52,195 nt of DNA from an uncultured bacterium (GTDB lineage Bacteria > Patescibacteriota > Minisyncoccia > CAIUEV01): the NCBI GenBank assembly GCA_937952315.1, contig CALFZX010000050.1:1-52195 (forward strand), given 5' to 3'. Below, in pieces: positions 34,486 through 43,632 of this stretch. Positions within the stretch are counted from its first letter, which is position 1. Each line of letters begins with the position of its first letter. Position numbers and translations under genes: made by a program. A model generated the notes under the pieces. The model saw nothing but the letters and a program-made list of their open reading frames with translations, searched no databases and had not been told where the DNA came from.

Positions 34486-35613
34486 ATGAAAAGAAAAATT
34501 GGTATTGTTTTTTTAATTATAATTTTACTTGGAGCAGGCGGAATTTGGTTTTTTCGTCAACTTTTCCCTCGTTCAACAGGAATTTGGCAAGCGGAACAAA
34601 AAAAAGATTTGGGCGCTCCGGAAGATTATTTTGGTTATGAAAAAGGTAAGTTTTGGTGGATCAGCAATTTTGCCGGTCCCCAAAAAATTTGTTTTGATAT
34701 TATGACGAAAAAAAATCTGGACGATTCAACAAAAAAATTATCTTTTAAACAGACAGTAAGAGCAAAAGAATTTCTGACAGAGGGTACTTTGGACGATTTG
34801 ATAAAAAATAATTCGGCGGAGGCAATTCGAGAAAAAATCATTAACGGCCGACCATTTTTGATGGTCGGTATGGAAAATAATTTGCTTAGAGAGGGAAAAA
34901 ATCTGTTTTTTGCGGTGACACCGGATAAATTTTTATTTCCGACGGTTAATATTTTTAATTATTACTTTCCCGGCGAAAAAATGCCGGTAAATCAATCCGA
35001 AAATCAATCATTGGCCTATTCAAACAAATTGATCGGTCTGCCGGAGGGTGTTTTAATTTCTCGCGGTCAGGGGGTGTTTGCCGTTTCCGCCGGCGAATTG
35101 ACTCTGATTCGTTCCCCCCAAATTTTTGAATCTATGGGCTATCATTGGGAAGAAGTTAAAGGATTGAACGATTTTGAAACTAAAATCAATAAAGTCTCTT
35201 CGGAAAAAAACTTTGGGCTGAATTTTACTCATCCCAACGGCACTATCATTAGAGACCAAAAAAATCTTTTTTTGGTTTGGGAAGGAAGTCTTTGGCAATT
35301 AACCGCCGAAGAAAAAGATCGTTATTTTTTAGCACAACCAACGGTAGAAGTGAAAGAAAAAAGGGGCGATTTGAATTGTAATTTGATCGGAAAAAAAATC
35401 AACTGTTGCCTTCAAAATTTCGATCCACGAATAGACGGAAAAAATAATTATCCTTTTTCGAACACGATCGTTATTGATGTTGAACAAGCTTTCGGTTCGG
35501 AAATCCAAAAAGTTGAATGGTCGAGTGAAGTTATTTTTAATAAAGAAAATTTGATGAAAAGATTGATTTCTCTTAGCAACTATATTCTTTATACAACGGG
35601 AATTAAAAAATAG
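34486..35613 (+). CDS. Hypothetical membrane-anchored protein
   Basis: The ATG at 34486 is preferred over the TTG at 34471. It has an N-terminal TM helix and no family I recognise. Confidence 0.5.
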   Translation: MKRKIGIVFLIIILLGAGGIWFFRQLFPRSTGIWQAEQKKDLGAPEDYFGYEKGKFWWISNFAGPQKICFDIMTKKNLDDSTKKLSFKQTVRAKEFLTEGTLDDLIKNNSAEAIREKIINGRPFLMVGMENNLLREGKNLFFAVTPDKFLFPTVNIFNYYFPGEKMPVNQSENQSLAYSNKLIGLPEGVLISRGQGVFAVSAGELTLIRSPQIFESMGYHWEEVKGLNDFETKINKVSSEKNFGLNFTHPNGTIIRDQKNLFLVWEGSLWQLTAEEKDRYFLAQPTVEVKEKRGDLNCNLIGKKINCCLQNFDPRIDGKNNYPFSNTIVIDVEQAFGSEIQKVEWSSEVIFNKENLMKRLISLSNYILYTTGIKK

Positions 35614-35730
35614 GTTTTTAAGTTGATCCGGTCAGATTATTTTTGTTTTTTTAATGAGTGATATTTTACCCTTTTATTTTTTAAGTTTAGGCTCAAAAGA
35701 AGAGCTGTTTTAACAAGATAAATCAATGCG

Positions 35731-36627
35731 ATGTTGCCGATTATTAAAATGAGAAAGATCTGGTTTGCTTTTTCAGCTACCATAACAGTCCTGAGCGTTC
35801 TCGCCGTTATGTTTTGGGGAATAAATTTGAGCGCTGACTTTACGGGCGGTTCGGTTTTTTCCTTTGAATTTAAGGATCAAAGGGCGGTACCGGCGGAGAT
35901 AGATAAAAAATTGGCGGAGGCGGGTTTCAAAGACTATCAAATTGTGATTACCGATGAAAAAAGTTTTGATTTGAGAGCGGGAGAGATGGCTGAAACAGAC
36001 CATCAGAAATTAGTTGAAGTCTTTAAAGATTTGGGTGAGGAGAAAAATTTTGAATCAAGAGGACCGTCGGTCGGCCAAGAGTTAAAAAAGACCACTCTTT
36101 ATGCTGTTTTTCTCTCAATTGTTTTAATTGTTTTTTATGTGAGTTGGTCTTTCCGAGGAGCGGCGCGTTTCGGCAAAATCAATTCTTGGACTTACGGAGT
36201 AACGACCATAATTGCCCTGGCGCACGATTTGGTCGTTTTGATTGGAGCATTTTCCTTGCTCGGCTATATTTTTAAAGTCGAAATCGACGCTACTTTTGTG
36301 GCCGCTATGCTCACTACGATGGGCTATTCGGTGAATGACACAATTGTTTCCTTTGATCGTATTCGAGAAAATCTTATAAGAGGGAAAAAAGAAGAAACCT
36401 TTGAAGAGGTAGCGGAGCGCAGTGTTAACGAGACCATTGCCAGATCATTCGGTACTTCGTTCACTTCGCTTTTGACTTTGGTGGCTATTTATCTTTTCGG
36501 TGGAGAGACTATTCGTTATTTTGTGTTAGCTTTGATTATCGGTATCGGTTTCGGAACTTACTCTTCAATCTTTCTTGCTAGTCCGCTTCTGGTTTTTTGG
36601 GAAAATCGACTGCGGGAAAAAGTCTAA
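35731..36627 (+). CDS. secF: Protein translocase subunit SecF
   Basis: 298 aa with the 6-TM SecD/SecF C-terminal pattern (ALAHDLVVLIG...GYSVNDTIVSFDRIRE). Confidence 0.85.
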   Translation: MLPIIKMRKIWFAFSATITVLSVLAVMFWGINLSADFTGGSVFSFEFKDQRAVPAEIDKKLAEAGFKDYQIVITDEKSFDLRAGEMAETDHQKLVEVFKDLGEEKNFESRGPSVGQELKKTTLYAVFLSIVLIVFYVSWSFRGAARFGKINSWTYGVTTIIALAHDLVVLIGAFSLLGYIFKVEIDATFVAAMLTTMGYSVNDTIVSFDRIRENLIRGKKEETFEEVAERSVNETIARSFGTSFTSLLTLVAIYLFGGETIRYFVLALIIGIGFGTYSSIFLASPLLVFWENRLREKV

Positions 36628-36650
36628 ATTATTAAGAATAAATATAAATT

Positions 36651-37229
36651 ATGTTTAATTTATCCTCCGATTTTTCATTGATTATTCATGGTTACGGTGG
36701 ACAAGGAGTTAAAACGCTGGCTTCGTTGTTAGCGGAAGCTTCAATCAATCATGGCCTCTACGCTCAGGCTTTTCCCGAATTCGGACCGGAGAGAAGAGGG
36801 GCCCCCGTTAAGGCTTTTGTCAGACTTTCGGGAGAGCCAATTAGTTCCCGCTCTCCGATTGAAAGTCCCAATTTTGTGATAATTTTAGATCTAAATGTTT
36901 TGAATTTGGAAGAAGTCAGGTCCGGTTGGACTGAAGATACAATTTTCCTTGTCAGCACAAGTCTTTCGCCAAAAGAAATAAAAAAGAAATTTGATTTGAT
37001 TTCCGATTATCATAAAATCAACACGATCGACGCGACCGAAATTCTGGTTGATGAACTGGCTTCCGTTCACCCAAGCATTCCTATTCTTGGTCGTTTTCTG
37101 GGTATTACGGAACTGATTCCCATAGACGAGATAAAAGATGTATTAAGAGAAAAATTTTTACATAAGATTGGAGAAAAAAAGATGCGATTGACGGATCGAG
37201 TTTTAATGGAGAGCTATCAGATGTTTTAA
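36651..37229 (+). CDS. 2-oxoacid:ferredoxin oxidoreductase gamma-subunit-like protein
   Basis: 192 aa. IIHGYGGQGVKTLASLLA...FGPERRGAPV matches the POR gamma domain pattern. Confidence 0.65.
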   Translation: MFNLSSDFSLIIHGYGGQGVKTLASLLAEASINHGLYAQAFPEFGPERRGAPVKAFVRLSGEPISSRSPIESPNFVIILDLNVLNLEEVRSGWTEDTIFLVSTSLSPKEIKKKFDLISDYHKINTIDATEILVDELASVHPSIPILGRFLGITELIPIDEIKDVLREKFLHKIGEKKMRLTDRVLMESYQMF

Positions 37230-37253
37230 ATAAACCATTAAGTTGAATGAGCT

Positions 37254-38945
37254 ATGTTGGGTAAAATTCAAAAAAAGATGCGCGGGAAAGAAGGAAAAAA
37301 AATTGGCAAGGCTTTTGCCATAATTTTACTTTTTCTTGGAGCTTTGACAATTTCTCTACCCGGATTGCCTGACTTTAAATTAGGAAATTGGGAAATCGGA
37401 CGAAGTATCAGTGAACTGAAAATCAACCTCGGACCCGATTTGCAGGGTGGAACTTACTTAGTCTATAAAGCAGATCTTTCTCAATTAGAGCCTGATCAAT
37501 ATACAGACAGTTTAGAAGGAGTTAGAGATGTAATAGAAAGAAGAGTCAACGCATTTGGAATTGCCGAGCCGATTATCTATACTAGTCATAGTGCCGACGA
37601 GTACAGAATAAATATTGAATTAGCCGGTATTAAAGATGTTAACGAGGCGATAAAAATGATCGGAGAAACACCGATCTTGGAGTTTAAAGAGGTGAGGGAT
37701 AAGGAGGAGGCTAAATGGACTTCGGAGGAGGCGGAGAAAATTAAAGTAATCAATCAGTCCGCCAAAGAAAGAGCGCAAAAAGTTTTAGAAGAAGCGAAAA
37801 AAGGAGAAAAAGATTTTGCCGAATTGGCTAAAGAGCATTCGGAAGATCCGAGTGCCACTCAAAATGGCGGTGATTTGGGATTTTTCAAGAAGGGGATGAT
37901 GGTCCCCGCCTTTGATGAAGCGGTTTTCAAGGACGATTTTAAAAAGGGAGAAGTCTATCCCGAATTGGTCAAAAGCGATTTTGGTTATCATATAATTAAA
38001 AAAATAGACGAACGGGGAGAGGGGGAAGATAGGGAAGTTCAGGCGATGCACATTCTTTTTGCAACCAAAAATGAAGAATATAATGAAGAACTTTTGTATG
38101 CTGACCCTTTCAAGCAAACCGGTTTAACCGGAAAACAATTGGATCGAGCTGATGTTGTTTTTGATCCCAACACTGGTGCACCTCAAGTGAGTTTGACTTT
38201 TGACGCTGAAGGTCGAGAACTTTTTCGTCAAATAACAGAAAGAAATCTGGAAAAAACGGCACCGATATTTCTGGATGGAGAAATGATTACCAACCCAACC
38301 GTTCAAGCGGTTATTACCGACGGAAGAGCTGTTATCACGGGTAATTTCTCTTTGGATGAAGCTAAAAAATTAGCCAGAAGATTAAACGAAGGTGCTTTAC
38401 CCGTGCCGGTGTCATTGATTCATCAAAAAACGGTGGGGGCGAGCTTGGGGAAAGATTCTCTGGAAAAAAGTTTGATGGCCGGAGCTATCGGTTTTATGAT
38501 CGTTTCATTTTTTATGGTTGCTATTTACGGATTTTCCGGAGCAATTGCGGTTTTTGCGCTTTCGGTCTATGCTTTGTTGCTAGTCTCTCTTTTTAAGCTG
38601 ATCGGGATAACTCTGACTTTGTCCGGTATCGCCGGCTTGATTCTTTCTGTAGGAATGGCCGTTGATGCCAATATATTGATTTTTGAAAGAATCAGAGAGG
38701 AACTTCTCGTTAAAAGGAGAATGAGTGTGGCCATTGCTGAAGGATTTAGAAGAGCTTGGCCGTCTATCAGGGATGGTAATGTCTCAACCGTTATAACTTG
38801 TCTGGTCTTGATGTTTGTCAGCACCGGTATGGTTAGGGGTTTTGCCACCGCTCTTTTAATTGGAGTTTTGTTGAGTATGTTCTCCGCGATTTTTGTGACA
38901 CGAGTGACTCTAGAAATTTTCAGTCGAGATAAAGAGCAAATTTAA
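37254..38945 (+). CDS. secD: Protein translocase subunit SecD with an embedded parvulin-type PPIase domain
   Basis: 563 aa. SecD motifs are present (LGPDLQGGTYLVY, a P1 head, and the C-terminal 6-TM region with VDANILIFERIRE). A parvulin block interrupts them: FAELAKEHSEDPSATQNGGDLGFFKKGMMVPAFDEAVF...SDFGYHIIK (about 37770-38020). Confidence 0.8.
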   Translation: MLGKIQKKMRGKEGKKIGKAFAIILLFLGALTISLPGLPDFKLGNWEIGRSISELKINLGPDLQGGTYLVYKADLSQLEPDQYTDSLEGVRDVIERRVNAFGIAEPIIYTSHSADEYRINIELAGIKDVNEAIKMIGETPILEFKEVRDKEEAKWTSEEAEKIKVINQSAKERAQKVLEEAKKGEKDFAELAKEHSEDPSATQNGGDLGFFKKGMMVPAFDEAVFKDDFKKGEVYPELVKSDFGYHIIKKIDERGEGEDREVQAMHILFATKNEEYNEELLYADPFKQTGLTGKQLDRADVVFDPNTGAPQVSLTFDAEGRELFRQITERNLEKTAPIFLDGEMITNPTVQAVITDGRAVITGNFSLDEAKKLARRLNEGALPVPVSLIHQKTVGASLGKDSLEKSLMAGAIGFMIVSFFMVAIYGFSGAIAVFALSVYALLLVSLFKLIGITLTLSGIAGLILSVGMAVDANILIFERIREELLVKRRMSVAIAEGFRRAWPSIRDGNVSTVITCLVLMFVSTGMVRGFATALLIGVLLSMFSAIFVTRVTLEIFSRDKEQI

Positions 38946-38966
38946 TTTTTAAAAATAAATTTCAAT

Positions 38967-40838
38967 ATGAATAAATTGTTAAAAAATCTGGGCGCTATTT
39001 TTTTGGCGTTTTTAATTCTTTCTTCGATCTTTGCTTTATATAATGCTGATCAGGATAGCAAAAAAGAGGAACAAACATCGTTAGGCCAACTGGCCGAGCA
39101 AATAAATCGAGAGGAAGTTAAAAAAATTACTGTTGCCGGAGAAAAAGTTGAGGTGGAAAGGAAAGACGGAAATAAACAGTTTCTAACCAAAGAAAAAGAA
39201 TCTTCGCTTTCGGAAACTCTAAAAAATTATGGCACCGATCAAACAAAACTTCAGGCGGTCCCCGTTGAAATAAAAGGAGAGAGCGGAGCCAGTTTTTGGT
39301 TGGGTAGCATTTTGCCTATCTTGCTCCCCTTTGTTTTTATCGGCGCAATTTTTTGGTTTATGTTGAGACAAGCGCAAAGAGGCAATTCTCAAGCAATGTC
39401 TTTCGGCCTTTCCAGAGCTAAATGGGAAGATCCGAAAAAGAAAAAGAATAATCGAATCACCTTTAAGGATGTGGCGGGTGCCGGTGAAGCTAAGGAAGAA
39501 CTGAAAGAAGTGGTGGAATTTCTAAAAGAACCGGCTAAATTTCATAAATTAGGGGCTAAAATACCGCGCGGGGTGCTTCTGCTGGGTCCGCCCGGTTGTG
39601 GAAAAACTCTTCTAGCCAAGGCGACTTCCGGTGAAGCAAATGTTCCTTTTTTTCATATTTCCGGTTCGGAGTTTGTGGAGATGTTTGTCGGCGTGGGCGC
39701 CAGTCGAGTGCGAGACTTATTTAACCAGGCGAAAAAAAATAAGCCGGCGATTGTTTTTATTGATGAAATTGATGCGGTTGGCCGTCATCGAGGAGCCGGT
39801 TTGGGAGGAGGTCATGACGAAAGAGAACAAACACTCAATCAAATTTTAGTGGAAATGGACGGTTTTGATCCCCGTGAGAGTGTAATCGTGATCGCGGCAA
39901 CCAATCGACCGGATGTTTTGGACCCGGCGTTGTTGAGACCGGGCCGATTTGATCGTCGGGTAGTGATTGATTTACCCGATATTAAAGATCGAATGGCAAT
40001 TTTAAAAGTTCATGCGCACAAAAAACCAATGGCTAAGAATGTTAATCTAAAAGTAATCGCCCAACGGACACCCGGTTTTTCCGGTGCCGATCTGGCTAAT
40101 TTAGTCAACGAAGCGGCGATTTTGGCGGCAAGAAGAAATCAGAAGGAAATTCTGATGGACAATCTTTTGAATTCAATCGAGAAAGTAATTTTAGGCCCGG
40201 AAAGAAAAAGTCGAGTGATGAAATCGGACGAGAAGAAAATCGTGGCCGTCCACGAGGCGGGACACGCAGTTTCCGCTTATTTTCTGCCAAATGCCGACCC
40301 GGTACATAAAATATCGATTATCTCCCGCGGTAATGCCGGAGGTTATACGATAAATTTGCCGACGGAAGACCGACATTTTTACAGCAAAGATGATTTTATG
40401 GATCGAATGGTGATGTATCTTGGCGGTTATGTGGCGGAGGAAGTCGTTCGCGGTGAGGTGACAACGGGAGCGTCCAACGATTTGAAACAAGTGACTCGAT
40501 TGGCGCGAGAAATAATTACAAAATACGGAATGAGCGATTTAGGGCCGGTTTTTCTCTCTTCAAACGAAGAATGGGTTTTTTTGGGTAAAGATATTCACGA
40601 AGCGAAGCCCTACTCGGAAGAAACAGCTGGTAAAATTGATAAACTGACGGAAAAATACATCATGGAGTCTCTAAACAAGGCGCGCGCTATCCTTAAAAAA
40701 CAAAAAGCTAAATTGGAACTAGTGGCGGATAAATTGATGGAAAAAGAAACCTTGGAGAGAGAGGAATTTGAAGCCTTGATGAAAGAGGCAGAAAAGCCGG
40801 TTGAGACTGAAGAAGCTAAAGCCGAGAAACCAGAATAA
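38967..40838 (+). CDS. ftsH: ATP-dependent zinc metalloprotease FtsH
   Basis: 623 aa with Walker A GPPGCGKT, the SRH region, and the HEAGHA zinc motif. Confidence 0.95.
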   Translation: MNKLLKNLGAIFLAFLILSSIFALYNADQDSKKEEQTSLGQLAEQINREEVKKITVAGEKVEVERKDGNKQFLTKEKESSLSETLKNYGTDQTKLQAVPVEIKGESGASFWLGSILPILLPFVFIGAIFWFMLRQAQRGNSQAMSFGLSRAKWEDPKKKKNNRITFKDVAGAGEAKEELKEVVEFLKEPAKFHKLGAKIPRGVLLLGPPGCGKTLLAKATSGEANVPFFHISGSEFVEMFVGVGASRVRDLFNQAKKNKPAIVFIDEIDAVGRHRGAGLGGGHDEREQTLNQILVEMDGFDPRESVIVIAATNRPDVLDPALLRPGRFDRRVVIDLPDIKDRMAILKVHAHKKPMAKNVNLKVIAQRTPGFSGADLANLVNEAAILAARRNQKEILMDNLLNSIEKVILGPERKSRVMKSDEKKIVAVHEAGHAVSAYFLPNADPVHKISIISRGNAGGYTINLPTEDRHFYSKDDFMDRMVMYLGGYVAEEVVRGEVTTGASNDLKQVTRLAREIITKYGMSDLGPVFLSSNEEWVFLGKDIHEAKPYSEETAGKIDKLTEKYIMESLNKARAILKKQKAKLELVADKLMEKETLEREEFEALMKEAEKPVETEEAKAEKPE

Positions 40839-40925
40839 AAAATCTATTTTTATTTTAAGCCGGATTTAAGAAAAATTTAAGTTTAATCATCTAGATTTGG
40901 TTAATAATTTTAACTAAATCTAGAA

Positions 40926-42485
40926 ATGCTAAAAATCAAAGATTTTTGCCTGATCGTTGTCGGAGCAGTCATTATTTTTTTCTGTTTTATCGGTGTGACT
41001 ATGGCCAGTGAAAAGAAATTTTTTATTGCGGAAACAATGGCCAACCCGGAAGGGACTGATAGCAAAGAGAATGAGTATTTTATTTTAAAAAATTTGCTTG
41101 AGGAGGAAAAAGATCTGGCCGGTTATAAAATTTGTAATATCAAAAACTACTGTTACTCGTTGAATTTAAAAATCCCGGCTCAAGCTTGTGCGAAACTCAC
41201 TCGTTCAGTTTTCCTTTTTACTCTATATAATGATGAGGAAAGAATCAGTCTCTTTGACTCGTCCGGCGCTTTGGTCGATGAAATTTATTTTAAAAATGCA
41301 CTTTCCGGCAAACCTTGGATTTGCGATGAAAACAACTGCGATTTCGGTTTGCCTGTCTCTGATTGTGATTACAACAATATCTTTGAGACGGAAGAAGATA
41401 TTGCAGTTGAAGATGAAGAAAGTCCCGTGATCGGTAATATTGAATTGAAAAACTTCAATGTAAATTCGAATAAAAATACTCCCAACAAAAATTTAAGCAG
41501 TAGTGACAATCAAAATAATGCCAAGATTAAGTCGAAAGAAGAAGCTAATCAATCTTTTTTAATCAAAAATAAAGCTGATTTTAGGAAAGCGAAAAAAATT
41601 ATTGAAAAGAATAAGGAAAGTCTGCCGGTCTCTTTGTCCGCTCAAGCGGTAATTCCTAAAAATGTTCTGGGGAAAAGCGTTTTTTATTTGTTGAGCGAGA
41701 GTGAATGGCTGAAAGGTCAAACTTATGCGTCTTTTTGCAAATTGAATAATTGTGAAGATTTAAATAGGCTTCTAAGCCAAAGAAGTTTTTTATTGGTAGA
41801 AAATGCCTATTTAAATTGGAGTGAAGGAATTTTCTCTTTGAATTTCGGCAAAGACACTGTGATTACTCGACAAGAGTATTCAGAAGATGAATTTGTGAGT
41901 CTTGAGAATCTCAAGAGCAAAGATTTACGAAAAAAAGCAGGAAGAAAAATTGAAATAAAAGGTGAAATTATTCTTAAAAAAGGCAATTATTTTTATGTTA
42001 AAGCCGAGCAGGGAGAGACCCTGACTTTTTATGTGCCGACGCAAATTTTAACGGATTGGCTGGCGGAAAGAAGAGACTTGGTCAAGACCGCTTTTCCTGA
42101 CTATGCCGAAGAAAAAAATCGACCCAATATAATTTATAAAGGAGCAAAAATGAGGGCGGGAGGGGTAATAGAAGCAAGAAAGGGAAGCTACCGAATTATT
42201 GTAACTTCTTTTAGAGATTTGGATTTTGAATGGCCGAACAAAAACAGTGCTTCATCTTCGGAACAGAAAACGAAGATTTCGGAGCAGAAGCGACCGGAGA
42301 ATGAAAATTTAAATAAACAGAATCCATTGACGGAATCAGAAAAAATCAGCGAAAATCCGACTAAGGATCAAACTAACCCTGACAAAGTAAGTGAAGCTGG
42401 CAATTTGAATAAATTATTGGCGGGAAAATTATTGTGGCTTGATTTAATAAAAATTTTTAGTCTAAAAATCTGGGCCAAGCTATAA
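40926..42485 (+). CDS. Secreted/membrane-anchored protein with N-terminal lamin-tail (LTD) domain
   Basis: 519 aa. After the TM helix it reads FIAETMANPEGTDSKENEYFILKN...LAGYKI...LYNDEERISLFDSSGALVDEIYF, which fits the LTD pattern. The rest is unassigned, including an Asn/Ser-rich linker. Confidence 0.55.
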   Translation: MLKIKDFCLIVVGAVIIFFCFIGVTMASEKKFFIAETMANPEGTDSKENEYFILKNLLEEEKDLAGYKICNIKNYCYSLNLKIPAQACAKLTRSVFLFTLYNDEERISLFDSSGALVDEIYFKNALSGKPWICDENNCDFGLPVSDCDYNNIFETEEDIAVEDEESPVIGNIELKNFNVNSNKNTPNKNLSSSDNQNNAKIKSKEEANQSFLIKNKADFRKAKKIIEKNKESLPVSLSAQAVIPKNVLGKSVFYLLSESEWLKGQTYASFCKLNNCEDLNRLLSQRSFLLVENAYLNWSEGIFSLNFGKDTVITRQEYSEDEFVSLENLKSKDLRKKAGRKIEIKGEIILKKGNYFYVKAEQGETLTFYVPTQILTDWLAERRDLVKTAFPDYAEEKNRPNIIYKGAKMRAGGVIEARKGSYRIIVTSFRDLDFEWPNKNSASSSEQKTKISEQKRPENENLNKQNPLTESEKISENPTKDQTNPDKVSEAGNLNKLLAGKLLWLDLIKIFSLKIWAKL

Positions 42486-43556
42486 GTGTTGGATTTTTCC
42501 GACTTCTTCCAGCTTTTTAACAACATCCGACACGAGTTGAGCTTTATTTTTGTCACAAACTAAAATTGCGTCCTCTGTTTCGACTATGATCAAATTTTTA
42601 ACGGCAATTGTAGCAATCAGTTTGTGGGAACCGTAGACCATTAAATTTTCTCCGCCGAAATTAATATGTTCTCCCTTGACAAAATTGTCTTTTTTATTTG
42701 TTGTAAGAGCGTTTTTGAGGGCTGTCCAGGAGCCGACATCGTTCCAATTGAGTTTTAGAGGAATAACCAAAACCGATTTGTCGTTTTCCATTATTCCATA
42801 GTCAATGCTGATTTTGTCCATTTCCGGAAATTCTTTTTCCATTACTGAATCAAATTTTTTTGTGCCCCAAGCTTCGCTGATTTTAATTAGGCGAGTATAA
42901 ATATCGGGTGTGTATTGAGCCATCTTTTCTATAATGGTGCTGGTCTTCCAGACGAACATTCCGCTGTTCCAGAAAAAATTACCGTTTTTCAAATACTCTT
43001 TGGCCTTTTCGTAATTAGGTTTCTCGACAAATCTTTTGGCACGCCAGACTTTATTGCTGGCCATTTTCTTAACTAATTCGCCCTTTTCAATGTATCCGTA
43101 GCCAGTTTCCGGTTCGGAAGGAGAGATGCCAAAAGTGATTAAATGACCGTTGCCTTCTTCTTTGAGAAATTTTTCCGCCTCCAAAAGAGCTTCTGTTAAA
43201 ATTTTTGGATTTTCAATGAAGTGATCGGCCGCAAAAACACCCATAATTTCGTCACCACTGCTTTTTGCAATTACCGCTGAAGCCAGAGCAATGCTGGGAG
43301 CGGTTCCTCGACCGACCGGTTCGGCTAAGATATTTTTTTTGGGAAATTCAAGCAACTCTTTTTCCACTTCACTGACATATTCTTTGTTGGTGACGATAAA
43401 AATATCTTCCGGGTCGGCGATTTCTCTCATGCGCAAATAAGTTTCTTGGAGCATTGTCTTGTTTGAAGTGAGGCTCTGAAATTGTTTGGGCTTACTTTTT
43501 CGACTGATAGGCCATAGTCTGGTTCCTTTTCCTCCTGCCAGAATGACAATTTTCAT
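42480..43556 (-). CDS. Mannose-1-phosphate guanylyltransferase (nucleotidyltransferase domain only)
   Basis: 358 aa with the N-terminus ILAGGKGTRLWPISR. It lacks the C-terminal PMI/cupin domain. Confidence 0.8.
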   Translation of the reverse strand: MKIVILAGGKGTRLWPISRKSKPKQFQSLTSNKTMLQETYLRMREIADPEDIFIVTNKEYVSEVEKELLEFPKKNILAEPVGRGTAPSIALASAVIAKSSGDEIMGVFAADHFIENPKILTEALLEAEKFLKEEGNGHLITFGISPSEPETGYGYIEKGELVKKMASNKVWRAKRFVEKPNYEKAKEYLKNGNFFWNSGMFVWKTSTIIEKMAQYTPDIYTRLIKISEAWGTKKFDSVMEKEFPEMDKISIDYGIMENDKSVLVIPLKLNWNDVGSWTALKNALTTNKKDNFVKGEHINFGGENLMVYGSHKLIATIAVKNLIIVETEDAILVCDKNKAQLVSDVVKKLEEVGKIQHL

Positions 43557-43632
43557 TTTTTTAGGTTAAAATTTAACTAGACAACAATAAATTTTAATTT
43601 AGATAATATAAATAAGCAAAAAATATCAAAAA

